Source: a virus (lineage: Duplodnaviria > Caudoviricetes). Taken from it: 64,000 nucleotides of DNA. Of this stretch, positions 1-8,656 are shown piece by piece (the first letter of the stretch is position 1; the number at the start of each line of letters is the position of its first letter). The stretch spans positions 1,910 through 65,909 of the IMG/VR virus record IMGVR_UViG_3300042478_001888; one strand, given 5' to 3'. Under the pieces are notes generated by a model that saw only the letters and a list, made by a program, of their open reading frames with translations, ran no database searches and was not told where the DNA came from. A program made the position numbers and the translations under genes.

Positions 1-102
1 CAGGCTGATTAAAACTCTTAAAGGTGTTTTCATTTTTCAAAGTATTTGCGAAGTCATTAAAATCTTTAGCTGGGTTAGCGTTAACGGTTGATTGTACTTT
101 TA

Positions 103-291
103 TCATAACTCAATGTAATGGTTGGGATAATTCTTAGGGTTTGCCCTTCGGCGCTTATACCTTTCCCGCGCTACCTTTATTTGATTCTTGGTAAAGGTAT
201 AATTAGAAGGTGAGGTAAACAATAGGTGGATAACAATCCCAATGGCTAATGACCAAAGGGGAATAATAAGCAGCAGTATCATATCTTTCAA
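103..291 (-). CDS. small membrane protein, hypothetical
   Basis: 62 aa; N-terminal hydrophobic helix followed by a basic tail; co-oriented with neighbours. Confidence 0.6.
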   Translation of the reverse strand: MKDMILLLIIPLWSLAIGIVIHLLFTSPSNYTFTKNQIKVARERYKRRRANPKNYPNHYIEL

Positions 292-301
292 CTAATAAGG
301 G

Positions 302-913
302 TTAATAGTTTTTACAAGCAAGCCTTGCGTCTTCTAAAGTTTCTCCAAGGTATTCATTTAAGTCCCAGGAATAATAGTATCCAGCATCATAATCCCCTGT
401 TCCATTTGAGTAAGGTTCTTTAAGAAAATATATCTCATCTTCAGCATGCTCAAAAGGAGGTGTATCCCAAGATAAAACTTCGTTAATCTTTCCGTTTTCG
501 CAAACGAAAGAAGCTCCAAAACCTTGCTCTTCTTCCCATTCAAAAGTAAAGTTTGGGATAATTTTGGATAGCATCTCAAGTATGTTTAGTGAAACCGGAC
601 ACCAAGCTGTGGTAAAACGATATGTGTCTCCATCCATTTCGTTGTCATAGGCGCCCCACTTGGTACCCCAATTTTCATGCGCCCATTCATACCAATTATC
701 TTGTCCGTACTTTTTAATAAGCTCTTGGCTTTCTTCTTGTGTTATTCCAATCTTCCCATTTTCCTTTTCAAGTTGGGAAATGATTCGTGTTGGAGCGGTA
801 GTGTTTACCAGTTCTTTTGGCATAGGCACAAGGAACTGTGGTAGCCCTACTTTTGCAATTTCTTTTAATAGTTCTGAGTCAGAACTAAGGTGGCAATAAA
901 CGTGATTAGGCAT
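302..913 (-). CDS. DUF1281/YubB-like ferredoxin-fold protein
   Basis: Motifs NWYEWAHENWGTKWGA and FTTAWCP, typical of this phage/plasmid family. Confidence 0.7.
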   Translation of the reverse strand: MPNHVYCHLSSDSELLKEIAKVGLPQFLVPMPKELVNTTAPTRIISQLEKENGKIGITQEESQELIKKYGQDNWYEWAHENWGTKWGAYDNEMDGDTYRFTTAWCPVSLNILEMLSKIIPNFTFEWEEEQGFGASFVCENGKINEVLSWDTPPFEHAEDEIYFLKEPYSNGTGDYDAGYYYSWDLNEYLGETLEDARLACKNY

Positions 914-1003
914 AGTTGTAAGTATTAAAGGTGGTTAATGGTTAGTGGTTAATGGTTAGTGGTTAAATGTTAAGGGTTAAAGGTGCAGTATCATATTCAT
1001 CTA

Positions 1004-1225
1004 CTAAATGTGTAAAAGGGTTGATTTTAGATGGTGTTCGGTTGCCTTGATATATCCGAGTAGGAAAAAGTTAAGATGCTCGTAGCCTAGGGAGGGGCTT
1101 ATGCATATACCTTCCTTCGTGGCGTAGTAGTGTTTAATCTTTTTCCGCCTATCGTTGTGATACCATTCGTGTACCACTAGGCCGCATTTATCGGCGGCGT
1201 TCTGGAGTGATTGCAGTTCGTTCAT
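1004..1225 (-). CDS. hypothetical protein
   Basis: 73-aa ORF preceded by the TTAACC-rich leader seen before other genes in this region. Confidence 0.6.
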   Translation of the reverse strand: MNELQSLQNAADKCGLVVHEWYHNDRRKKIKHYYATKEGICISPSLGYEHLNFFLLGYIKATEHHLKSTLLHI

Positions 1226-1242
1226 AGGGTTAAGGGTTAATT

Positions 1243-1288
1243 TAAGGTTTGAATAAAGCGCCGGAATGGGTACCGGCGCCGAAGGTTA
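1243..1288. repeat. intergenic hairpin repeat, copy 1 (AAGGTTTGAA..AGCGCCGG-loop-CCGGCGCCGAA-GGTTA)
   Basis: Similar copies at 1968-2018 and 3315-3365; GCGCCGG/CCGGCGC stem. Confidence 0.85.
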
Positions 1289-1516
1289 TACATCAAGGTT
1301 GAGGTTGCTTAAATCAATGTTCAGGTCTGCAAACTCGCAGGCTTTCACGTGGTAGTAGTTTGCTATTTTAGTTTGCTCCGGCCTTGTAAAATTCCGCACG
1401 TTTACGGTCGTTTCAATTATCTGCTTATGCAGGGTTGAGAATTGACGCTCTGCAATGCCTAAAGCCTGTTGCAGTAAAGCAAATTGTTCTTCTGTTAATT
1501 TAATAGTTCGTGTCAT
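1286..1516 (-). CDS. hypothetical protein
   Basis: 76-aa ORF in the minus-strand gene array. Confidence 0.6.
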   Translation of the reverse strand: MTRTIKLTEEQFALLQQALGIAERQFSTLHKQIIETTVNVRNFTRPEQTKIANYYHVKACEFADLNIDLSNLNLDV

Positions 1517-1528
1517 GGTGTTAATGGG

Positions 1529-1957
1529 TTAAAGGTTAAAATTATCTGCAAAGGAGTAATAATCCTCCTCGGTTAGAATAATGTGGTCAAGTACTTGGCA
1601 GTCAAAGAATGCTGCCATGTCTTTAATTTTCTTTGTTATGTCCTTGTCCTGTTGGCTTGGCGTAAGGTTCCCAGATGGGTGGTTGTGGGCTAAGATAACC
1701 CCATAGCACATTGTTTCGGCGATGTACTTGGCGATGATTTTAATATCAACATAGGTCCCGGCCACGCCGCCTTGGCTAATCTTTACGAAGCCTACTGTGC
1801 TGTTTGCTCGGTTGACTAGGAGCATAAAAAAGCTCTCGTAGATTCCAATATCATCGGAGTAAAACTGCCGGATAAATTCTTCTGCTGCTTTGCTAGTGGT
1901 TATCTTGACCTTTGGAAAGTCGGTTTTTGTTTTTTTGATGGTTAGTTCAGGTGTCAT
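1529..1957 (-). CDS. radC: RadC-like JAB domain protein
   Basis: E...HNHPSGNLTPSQQD...LDHII JAB motif. Confidence 0.9.
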   Translation of the reverse strand: MTPELTIKKTKTDFPKVKITTSKAAEEFIRQFYSDDIGIYESFFMLLVNRANSTVGFVKISQGGVAGTYVDIKIIAKYIAETMCYGVILAHNHPSGNLTPSQQDKDITKKIKDMAAFFDCQVLDHIILTEEDYYSFADNFNL

Positions 1958-1967
1958 GGTTATTTAT

Positions 1968-2018
1968 TTAAGGTTTGAAAAGGAGCGCCGGTTTTTAGGC
2001 CGGCGCCGAAAGGGTTAA
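1968..2018. repeat. intergenic hairpin repeat, copy 2
   Basis: aaggtttgaaaaggagcgccggtttttaggccggcgccgaaagggtta. Confidence 0.85.
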
Positions 2019-2019
2019 T

Positions 2020-3279
2020 TTAATCGTTGTTAATCATTACCGGCATTAACAAAGAGGTAAGGTTAAAGAGCGAAGCCCGCGACTCACCAAAGTAGTGGAT
2101 TGTAACCTCGTCCGCCTCAATACTCTTTAGCACGTCGATAAGTTGCGCAGCATTGTACCCTATCTTAATACTTCCAGAGGCGGGTGCGGTGGCGGCAAAG
2201 TTCGTACCTCTGTCAAGGTCGGAGGCGCTTACATTCAGTCCTTCACCCTCGCAAGTCAATACCACTAGCTTTGTATCTTTGTGCGCTGCTTTAAGGGCAT
2301 TTTCTAGCAAAGGTAAAAGCGCCTTTTTGCTAAAGGTTAAGGTCGATTCGGCGCTGTCTGGATTCGGCATGATTGCTTCATACTTTGGATATATCGCATC
2401 AACCAACCATTCCCTTCCTAAAGTAACTCCAATATCTTCAAAGGTGGCGTAATCAGTATGTCCCTTAATTTGCGAATGTTTAAGAAGCTCTAGGGCTACC
2501 TTTGATAGAATCACCCCCTCGCTCTCAAATTGTGCCTCTAGGACGCGTAAACGGTGGGCATCGGTGGCGCAGATTTTACCATTAGCAAAGTAGGCGCCGG
2601 TCATTGCCACCCTCATTTCATCTTTGCCTAGGAACGTTTTGAGGGTGTCAAAAGCGTTAAGCGCGCCGGAGGTGATAAGTAGGTCGCCTTCTTTATATAT
2701 ATTAAAGACGTTATCGGTGGGCGTTACGCCTGCCTTCATTCCATTCTCAAAGGTGGCGATTCCTTCCTGAATGTTTACCGGTATGCCGTTGTCCTTAATA
2801 AACGAAGCGTCAATACTTACTTTGCCAAAGGTGGCGTCCATTTCGTAGTGAACCGGCCCTATCTTAGAGAAATAGCTTAGCACGTTACCCTCCAGGATTG
2901 CGTATGGTACCGCCTTGCTTATAGGTAAGATCCTGAACAGTTCTTTTACCCCAAACTTTGCGGAGCGCTTAGCTCGCGGAGGGGTTGGTGGCGTTGGTGG
3001 CGGTGTTGGCCTAGTTGGTGTTGGTGTTGGCCTAGTTGGTGTTGGTGGTGCATAGATAGGCGCCGAAACGACCTCAACAGTTGCTAAGGTAATGGGCTGA
3101 GGGTTGCCGATTGCAGCGCGTATTTCAACCTCCTTTGTCTTTGAGGCAATCCAACCTGGGCCGCCTTTTAGGTAGGGGTTGTACTTTGCCCCTAGGCTTC
3201 GCAGCGTATCTTTTAGGGGTTTGGTGTCGCCATAAATTTTAATGGCTTTCTCCGAGTAGGTTTCAATTAAAATGTTCAT
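2020..3279 (-). CDS. DNA polymerase III beta-clamp-like protein with extra N-terminal domain and Pro/Thr linker
   Basis: ATDAHRL, YPKYEAIMP, IGYNAAQLIDVL and LLMPV are DnaN-like; N-terminal YSEKAI..GDTKP..GAKYN domain; PTPTRP repeat linker. Confidence 0.75.
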   Translation of the reverse strand: MNILIETYSEKAIKIYGDTKPLKDTLRSLGAKYNPYLKGGPGWIASKTKEVEIRAAIGNPQPITLATVEVVSAPIYAPPTPTRPTPTPTRPTPPPTPPTPPRAKRSAKFGVKELFRILPISKAVPYAILEGNVLSYFSKIGPVHYEMDATFGKVSIDASFIKDNGIPVNIQEGIATFENGMKAGVTPTDNVFNIYKEGDLLITSGALNAFDTLKTFLGKDEMRVAMTGAYFANGKICATDAHRLRVLEAQFESEGVILSKVALELLKHSQIKGHTDYATFEDIGVTLGREWLVDAIYPKYEAIMPNPDSAESTLTFSKKALLPLLENALKAAHKDTKLVVLTCEGEGLNVSASDLDRGTNFAATAPASGSIKIGYNAAQLIDVLKSIEADEVTIHYFGESRASLFNLTSLLMPVMINND

Positions 3280-3314
3280 AGGTAAAGGATTAAAGGGTTA
3301 AAGGTTAAAGGGTT

Positions 3315-3365
3315 AAAGGTTTGAAAAAGAGCGCCGATTTTTAGGCCGGCGCCGAAAAGGTTAAT
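3315..3365. repeat. intergenic hairpin repeat, copy 3
   Basis: aaaggtttgaaaaagagcgccgatttttaggccggcgccgaaaaggtta. Confidence 0.85.
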
Positions 3366-3911
3366 TTAGTTTTGACGATAGATAAAGTACTCGGTTCCGT
3401 TAACGGTTTCTTCGTTCTCTTGGCCGTTGTAAGGGTTAAGGAAGTGCCCACGTCCGTCCCACTGGATTGCTTCCTCAACTAGGGCATCTTCATCGTCAAC
3501 TAGGCTCAGGATTGCGTCGTTGTTGCTTTCACAGCGTCCATTGTTTTGGATTGCGTCAAACACTTCTAAATCTATGCCAGTGGCGGAAGCTAGGAAGTTA
3601 GGAGTAAAAGCCCACAAGGAGTCGAGAATATACTCCTTTGCTTTCTCGTCTGCTTCCTCGTCTGTTAGTACCAGATAATCCTCATCAAGCTCTGTCAGCT
3701 CGTTGCAATTATCTTTGCAGAATGTAAGGAAGTCCCGCGCGCCGCTTTCCTTAAAATCGGTTTGAGCTTCGTCTTCTTCACCCTCAAAGATATGAGCGGC
3801 GTTCTCTGTTTCAACGATAAAAAAATCGTTTTGCAGGTGCATTTGGAGTGCAATTATACGCTCCTGGGTTTCTGTTAAATGGTTCATGGTTTTTGGTGTT
3901 AAATGGTTCAT
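3366..3911 (-). CDS. acidic phage protein, possible anti-restriction DNA mimic
   Basis: Very D/E-rich; ends DGRGHFL..YNGQE..YFIYR; early-region context. Confidence 0.55.
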   Translation of the reverse strand: MNHLTPKTMNHLTETQERIIALQMHLQNDFFIVETENAAHIFEGEEDEAQTDFKESGARDFLTFCKDNCNELTELDEDYLVLTDEEADEKAKEYILDSLWAFTPNFLASATGIDLEVFDAIQNNGRCESNNDAILSLVDDEDALVEEAIQWDGRGHFLNPYNGQENEETVNGTEYFIYRQN

Positions 3912-3959
3912 AATTGATAAAGGTTAAATGGTTAAATGGTTAAATGGTTATCGGATTTT

Positions 3960-4169
3960 TTAATCGCGCCGAAGGGCATTCCCTAAATTAGCGGCCAAAA
4001 AAATACAAAGTAAAGCGAGCAAAGAACTCATAAAGAGTAAAAACCAGTCTTCCTTCATTACCGCCCAATAGAGTACTTGCAAAAAGAACCCAAGGGCACC
4101 GGCAAAAAATAAAACGTAAATAAGCTGCTGAACTTTGCGGTTGAGGAATGTAAACAAGATTAAAAGCAT
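3960..4169 (-). CDS. small membrane protein
   Basis: Two hydrophobic segments; start placed at the ATG of MLLILF. Confidence 0.5.
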   Translation of the reverse strand: MLLILFTFLNRKVQQLIYVLFFAGALGFFLQVLYWAVMKEDWFLLFMSSLLALLCIFLAANLGNALRRD

Positions 4170-4179
4170 GGTTTTTGAA

Positions 4180-4446
4180 TTAAAGGGTTTGAATGAATGA
4201 AAAAAGATAGGCACCTGGGCGGAGTAGATATTCAGAGTACACGAGCTTGAAGCCTGCAACCTCTATTATTTTGCTGTCATCCCCAAAGTTCACCGGCCAA
4301 GAGCTTTGTAAATATGCTCTCTCGCAGCCTGGGCATACTTTGTTAATTACTTTGGCAAAAATCCTATTTGCTTTCTCGTTTTTGTCCTTGGAAATGTAGC
4401 TCCAAGTTTTCGGTATTGGTTTGTCGCCTGTGGTGTAGGTTTTCAT
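4180..4446 (-). CDS. hypothetical protein
   Basis: 88-aa ORF with TTAACC leader. Confidence 0.6.
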   Translation of the reverse strand: MKTYTTGDKPIPKTWSYISKDKNEKANRIFAKVINKVCPGCERAYLQSSWPVNFGDDSKIIEVAGFKLVYSEYLLRPGAYLFSFIQTL

Positions 4447-4502
4447 GTGTTTTTGGTATTAAGGGTTAAAGGTTTCTGAATTATTTTAGGGCGCCGAAAG
4501 GC

Positions 4503-4733
4503 TTAAATGTAAGATACATTCCCAAACCGGTCATACTTATACTTAATAGTAACGCCCAAGGAATCAGTAAGGGATACAACCCGATCCTTTTTATCGTAAA
4601 CTCTATTACTAAAGTAACCGGTCGAAGCTTCAAAGCGGGTGCAGTTGCCGCGCTCATCATATTGCCAAAAGAATGTAATGCCGTCAACCGTTTGGCTGAT
4701 TCGTTGGCCGTTTGCGTTTCTGATTGCGTTCAT
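4503..4733 (-). CDS. small YD-repeat-like protein
   Basis: Repeated YDxxGN / YDxxDR / YDRFGN units. Confidence 0.6.
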   Translation of the reverse strand: MNAIRNANGQRISQTVDGITFFWQYDERGNCTRFEASTGYFSNRVYDKKDRVVSLTDSLGVTIKYKYDRFGNVSYI

Positions 4734-5105
4734 GGTTTTTGATTTTGATTATTGAACAATACAAATGTACGAAGAAAAACGAGACTTGCAAGTATATTTC
4801 CAAAAAAAATACACTTTTTTTTAATCTTTTTTTGAAAGCTACCTATTTACAAGGGATGCAGAACGATAATAATTTTTGCAAAGTGTACATTTTTTTTGAA
4901 TTTGAAGGTAAAAAGGTATGGGTTGGGGGGGTGGTGGATAGGGAAAAAGTGAACGGTTGGCAACACTCAGGCATCAAAACAGGTGCAATTTTGCCAACTG
5001 TTGCATCCCTGGTGCACGTTCAATGGAGTTTTTTTGCAACCAACATGCATCCGAATAACATTAACGAAACGAACAAAAGGGAAACGTTATGGCGTAAAGA
5101 TACAC

Positions 5106-5275
5106 GCATGCCCATGTGTGCGCTCATGTGTGTGCGTGTGCGTGCGTGCGCGCGTAGGTGTGTGCGTGTGTGTGCGTGCGTGGGTGAGGGGTTTACTTTC
5201 GCGTTTCTTTTCGCGTGGGTGCGTGCGTGTGGGTGCGTGCGTGTGTGCGTGTGCGCGTGTGGGTGGGGTGGGGTG
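5106..5275. repeat. alternating purine-pyrimidine (GT/GC) microsatellite-like tract
   Basis: gtgtgcgtgtgcgtgcgtgcgcgcgt-type runs in a non-coding region. Confidence 0.85.
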
Positions 5276-5342
5276 CAAGGCCGCCGGCCCTTTGGCGCGG
5301 GGGCAGGCGCGCTGGATATGTACGATACACCGGGAACACAAA

Positions 5343-5402
5343 GGGATAAGCTGTTTACCACCCCCCTTTACCGCACCCCAAGGGGGATAAGCTGTTTACC
5401 AC
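5343..5402 (+). repeat. 19-bp direct repeat GGGATAAGCTGTTTACCAC x2, followed by TTTACC repeats
   Basis: Copies at 5343-5361 and 5384-5402. Confidence 0.85.
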
Positions 5403-5614
5403 AACCCCAAGGCTCTTTACCCCGCCCCCTTTACCACAACCCTTTGCCAAACCCAAGGCTTCTTTACCTTCCCCCAAGGGCTGTTTGGCGGCTGTTTGCT
5501 TTTCTCTGGGTTACCTTGTCTTTTGGTTACCTTATTGGGTTCTCTGGGGGGTGGGTGTTGATGGGGGGGGTGTTTTTTTGGTAGGGGTGCTTTTCGGCGC
5601 GGTTGGGTAATGGG

Positions 5615-5860
5615 TTATTTTTTGGAAGATTTCCCTCCCTTGCCGTTCCTTGCCCTATTGGTGCTTTTAGCTTCGTTTACGAGCTTCCCAGACTTGGTAT
5701 GGGACTTATCCATGCCTTTAGGTGCTGGGTTGGCTCTATTGGCTTTATTTAGGGCTGCACGATACTTTCTACGCTCTGGGGTGGAGTGGTATTCTTTGTT
5801 ATAGGCGTTTTTCTTCTTTCGGGCCTCTGGGTTTTGCTTGAAGTATTCGGCTGATTTCAT
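5615..5860 (-). CDS. small basic protein, degenerate HNH-like
   Basis: DKSH..G..V.E..S.NRARN resembles short phage HNH proteins; TATCTTTG promoter motif directly upstream. Confidence 0.65.
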   Translation of the reverse strand: MKSAEYFKQNPEARKKKNAYNKEYHSTPERRKYRAALNKANRANPAPKGMDKSHTKSGKLVNEAKSTNRARNGKGGKSSKK

Positions 5861-6140
5861 GCTACAAAGATAAGCCTTTCGGCCAAATTGCCCTTTTGGA
5901 ACGATATTCCAATTTTATATTAAATGTCTATCCCAAAAGCACAAAAACGAAAAGGGGGGTTTTATACAAAAATTCCCGATGCCAGCCTTTTTTATTTGCT
6001 TTTTTTATTAATTGTTAACAAATGGAAAGATGTCGTGGGGTTCGAGTTGTAGCTGTTCAACAAGAATCTTTATCCCTTCAATGGCTTGGAGAACTGAGCA
6101 GTCTAGGTGATACTCCACAGTCATTTTATCCCCTTCCTGT

Positions 6141-6380
6141 TCAAATTTGATTAGTAGGTGCTGCATTTATTGAATCGCATAAATGTTTGGCTAGATCGTA
6201 ATCTTGCTGGGTTTCATACTTGTGGCTGGGGGTAGGCTTCCCCCACACCCTTAGCCATCTTTGGGAAGGGGCAGTGCCCAGGTTGGTGTAGAACTCTATA
6301 ACGCTTACCTTGTCTCCAGAGGTTATTTCTAGCTCTGTGCCTAGGTAGTTGTTGTCTAGGGGAAGGATTCTAGCTCTCAT
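6141..6380 (-). CDS. hypothetical protein
   Basis: ATGA-coupled to the upstream phosphoesterase gene. Confidence 0.6.
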   Translation of the reverse strand: MRARILPLDNNYLGTELEITSGDKVSVIEFYTNLGTAPSQRWLRVWGKPTPSHKYETQQDYDLAKHLCDSINAAPTNQI

Positions 6381-7414
6381 CGTACTTTACGGTTATCAAT
6401 GCGAAAGTTTTCAACGCTGAAATCGCCATCTTCATCAATCTCAACAATCGCAGCCCCGTGATTCCATTTCGTGTATGCGAATGGGCGGTATGCTGGTTGC
6501 AAGTCGCAAAGGCAACCCGTAGAAAAGCAAGCAACTCCTTTGCTGTTCAGGTCGCTTTCGTGATGCTCCGATGTTTGGTGGTTGTGGCCAGCCAATACAG
6601 ATGCCTTACCCCGCAGAAACAATCCCCGTGCTGGGTTTACCGGGCTGAATATGCTATCGCCAAATTCGTGGCCATGTAGTACACTTAGCTTGCCAAACTT
6701 GGCGTGTTGGCGGCTGTCGATTAACTCAATATCAAGTTCATCAAGTCCCAATGCGGCCTTCAGTTGAAGCCCCGGCAGGGTAATCAACTCAGGTGCGTTT
6801 TGAAGTATGTACCTATCCCAGCGGTCTTCGTGGTTGCCCAGCTTGTAGAAAACAGGCAGCCCAAGGCTTACAAGGCCAGCCAAGAAGTCCCGAACCATTT
6901 GCACCTCAACGGGGGCCGACATCAACGCTGGGTCTTTTTCCCATCGGCTAATCTTAGCAAAGTCAATAACATCGCCGTTTAGGTATATCGCATCAACGCC
7001 GTTTTTGAACCCGTAGTCGATAGCCGTTTCGATTGCTGGCAGTTCGTGGTATGGGAAATGAAGGTCGGACAAAACCAAAGGCTTGCGGATGTTGTTCGGC
7101 AGATGCCATACCTCTTTGCTGGTCTTTTCCCCTCGGCCCATGAACGCTTGCATGTACTCGCTTGGCTTCATTTGCTCAGGGTTGTATAGGTTTTCCCGCA
7201 ACGACCCGCTGGCTGTTGCAAAGTCTTTTAGCCTGTCGCCTGCCGCACCCGTTCGGTAGCGGATTGAACATCGCACCCTTTCAACCTCTTGATTCGTTTG
7301 CTCAAACGCACCCGGGTTTTCCATTACAATTTTGCGGGCTAATGTTCGTTTGAAGAAGCCCGGTTCTTGGGTATCAACGTAGCTGTCTATGATTTTTACT
7401 TGTTGTTCGGTCAT
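6377..7414 (-). CDS. calcineurin-like metallophosphoesterase
   Basis: SDLH, GDVID, GNHE, HGHE and GHNH motifs. Confidence 0.9.
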   Translation of the reverse strand: MTEQQVKIIDSYVDTQEPGFFKRTLARKIVMENPGAFEQTNQEVERVRCSIRYRTGAAGDRLKDFATASGSLRENLYNPEQMKPSEYMQAFMGRGEKTSKEVWHLPNNIRKPLVLSDLHFPYHELPAIETAIDYGFKNGVDAIYLNGDVIDFAKISRWEKDPALMSAPVEVQMVRDFLAGLVSLGLPVFYKLGNHEDRWDRYILQNAPELITLPGLQLKAALGLDELDIELIDSRQHAKFGKLSVLHGHEFGDSIFSPVNPARGLFLRGKASVLAGHNHQTSEHHESDLNSKGVACFSTGCLCDLQPAYRPFAYTKWNHGAAIVEIDEDGDFSVENFRIDNRKVR

Positions 7415-7699
7415 AGGTTTTTTTTGGGGACTAAGATATGCAAAAAAAAACCAACCCCCACTTTTTCAAGATGGGGGCTGGTAAAGACGACAGGAGACAT
7501 CACAAAGATACTTAATTTTTACTTTTCGGCGCGGTGGGGTATTCGTAACATTTATTGCCAATATTTGTTACGATAATCGACATAAAACCGATTACCATAA
7601 CCTAACGTAACAACTTGTAAGAAAAGGGATAAAACGCTTTGTTTTTGCGTCTTTAATGACAAGTTAGTAGTTAGGGCGGGATTCCGCCACCTGACTATT

Positions 7700-7912
7700 T
7701 TAATCAACTTCTATATCCTTTAATTCAACATCTTCACCATTAATGTGTTTATAAACGTTATCAAAAAACTCAGCCAATAATTTATAATCTTCTGGTATCA
7801 TCCTACAATAATCAAAAGCTGGTATAACACCATATATTTGATGTTGTACTACTTTTCCTATCCCATCAGGAATATATTCAAAAACAATGTTTCCTCTAAA
7901 AATGTATTTCAT
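7700..7912 (-). CDS. hypothetical protein
   Basis: 70-aa AT-rich ORF between tRNA-like fragments. Confidence 0.55.
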   Translation of the reverse strand: MKYIFRGNIVFEYIPDGIGKVVQHQIYGVIPAFDYCRMIPEDYKLLAEFFDNVYKHINGEDVELKDIEVD

Positions 7913-7913
7913 C

Positions 7914-8372
7914 TCACTTCTTTTTTAGCAGCCGAAGACAGGGGCAGACTTTTTTCTTCCTCCAATTTCTTTGTGATTCAAATTTTAAATCTTTACAATC
8001 TCTACATCTGCATCCTCTATTGTATGCCCCAATACTGGGGTGCTTCTTTAATTTTTCTGTATCAATGCTACCTAAAAGCTTTATTCTATTTTTATCAAAA
8101 GCATCTTGCCAATTGTCTTTTGCTGTACCTAAAAACAAGTGTTCTGGATTAACGCACTTTCTATTATCACAAGTGTGGCAAACATACATACCTTTAGGTA
8201 TCTCACCTTTATGTATTTCATAAGAAACTCTATGAGAATCTATTACTTTCCCATTTATTTTAAATGCCCCATAACCAGTTTTACCCCTTAAACAGGAAGT
8301 CCATATCCAACAAGTTTCTGTTTTTTGTATTTTATTAAAGAATCTTTCCATGACCACATATTTTGTAGTCAT
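7914..8372 (-). CDS. HNH homing endonuclease
   Basis: [36 protein letters not shown]. Confidence 0.9.
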   Translation of the reverse strand: MTTKYVVMERFFNKIQKTETCWIWTSCLRGKTGYGAFKINGKVIDSHRVSYEIHKGEIPKGMYVCHTCDNRKCVNPEHLFLGTAKDNWQDAFDKNRIKLLGSIDTEKLKKHPSIGAYNRGCRCRDCKDLKFESQRNWRKKKVCPCLRLLKKK

Positions 8373-8443
8373 AAATGTACGAACTTTTTTATTTAAAAAC
8401 AAGAGATGAAGGATGCATTTCTACCTCCTTCATGCATCTTACA

Positions 8444-8560
8444 TAGCCGAAGACAGGATTCGAACCTGTATGAAATTATGCTTTAGTGTACCATCATGTG
8501 TTTCCACTTAGATACAAAGTTAATTTCTTTCTTAGCGTCTACCAATTCCGCCACCTGACT
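8444..8560 (-). tRNA. tRNA-like (Leu-type D arm) pseudo-tRNA with aberrant central region
   Basis: Minus strand reads AGTCAGGTGGCGGAATTGGTAGACGC...ACAGGTTCGAATCCTGT CTTCGGCTA; D and T arms canonical; central part long with no clear anticodon arm; acceptor stem imperfect. Confidence 0.55.
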
Positions 8561-8656
8561 ATGACACAAAACTAATAAAAGAACCCAAACCTTTAAAAGT
8601 GTTAAAAAATGTTAACTGCATGGCAGCATTAAAGAAATGTTATTTACATTTGTGGT

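Noticed and set aside
1243-3365. Possible CRISPR array from the recurring hairpin repeats
   Set aside because: Copies are separated by whole genes (0.7-1.3 kb), not 30-40-bp spacers; the Cas4-like gene at 62389 is a common solo phage nuclease
4724-5584. 286-aa plus-strand ORF and overlapping ORFs (CVRVCA / HTHTR-rich)
   Set aside because: These are translations of the GT/GC low-complexity tract, open in several frames, with no protein-like features
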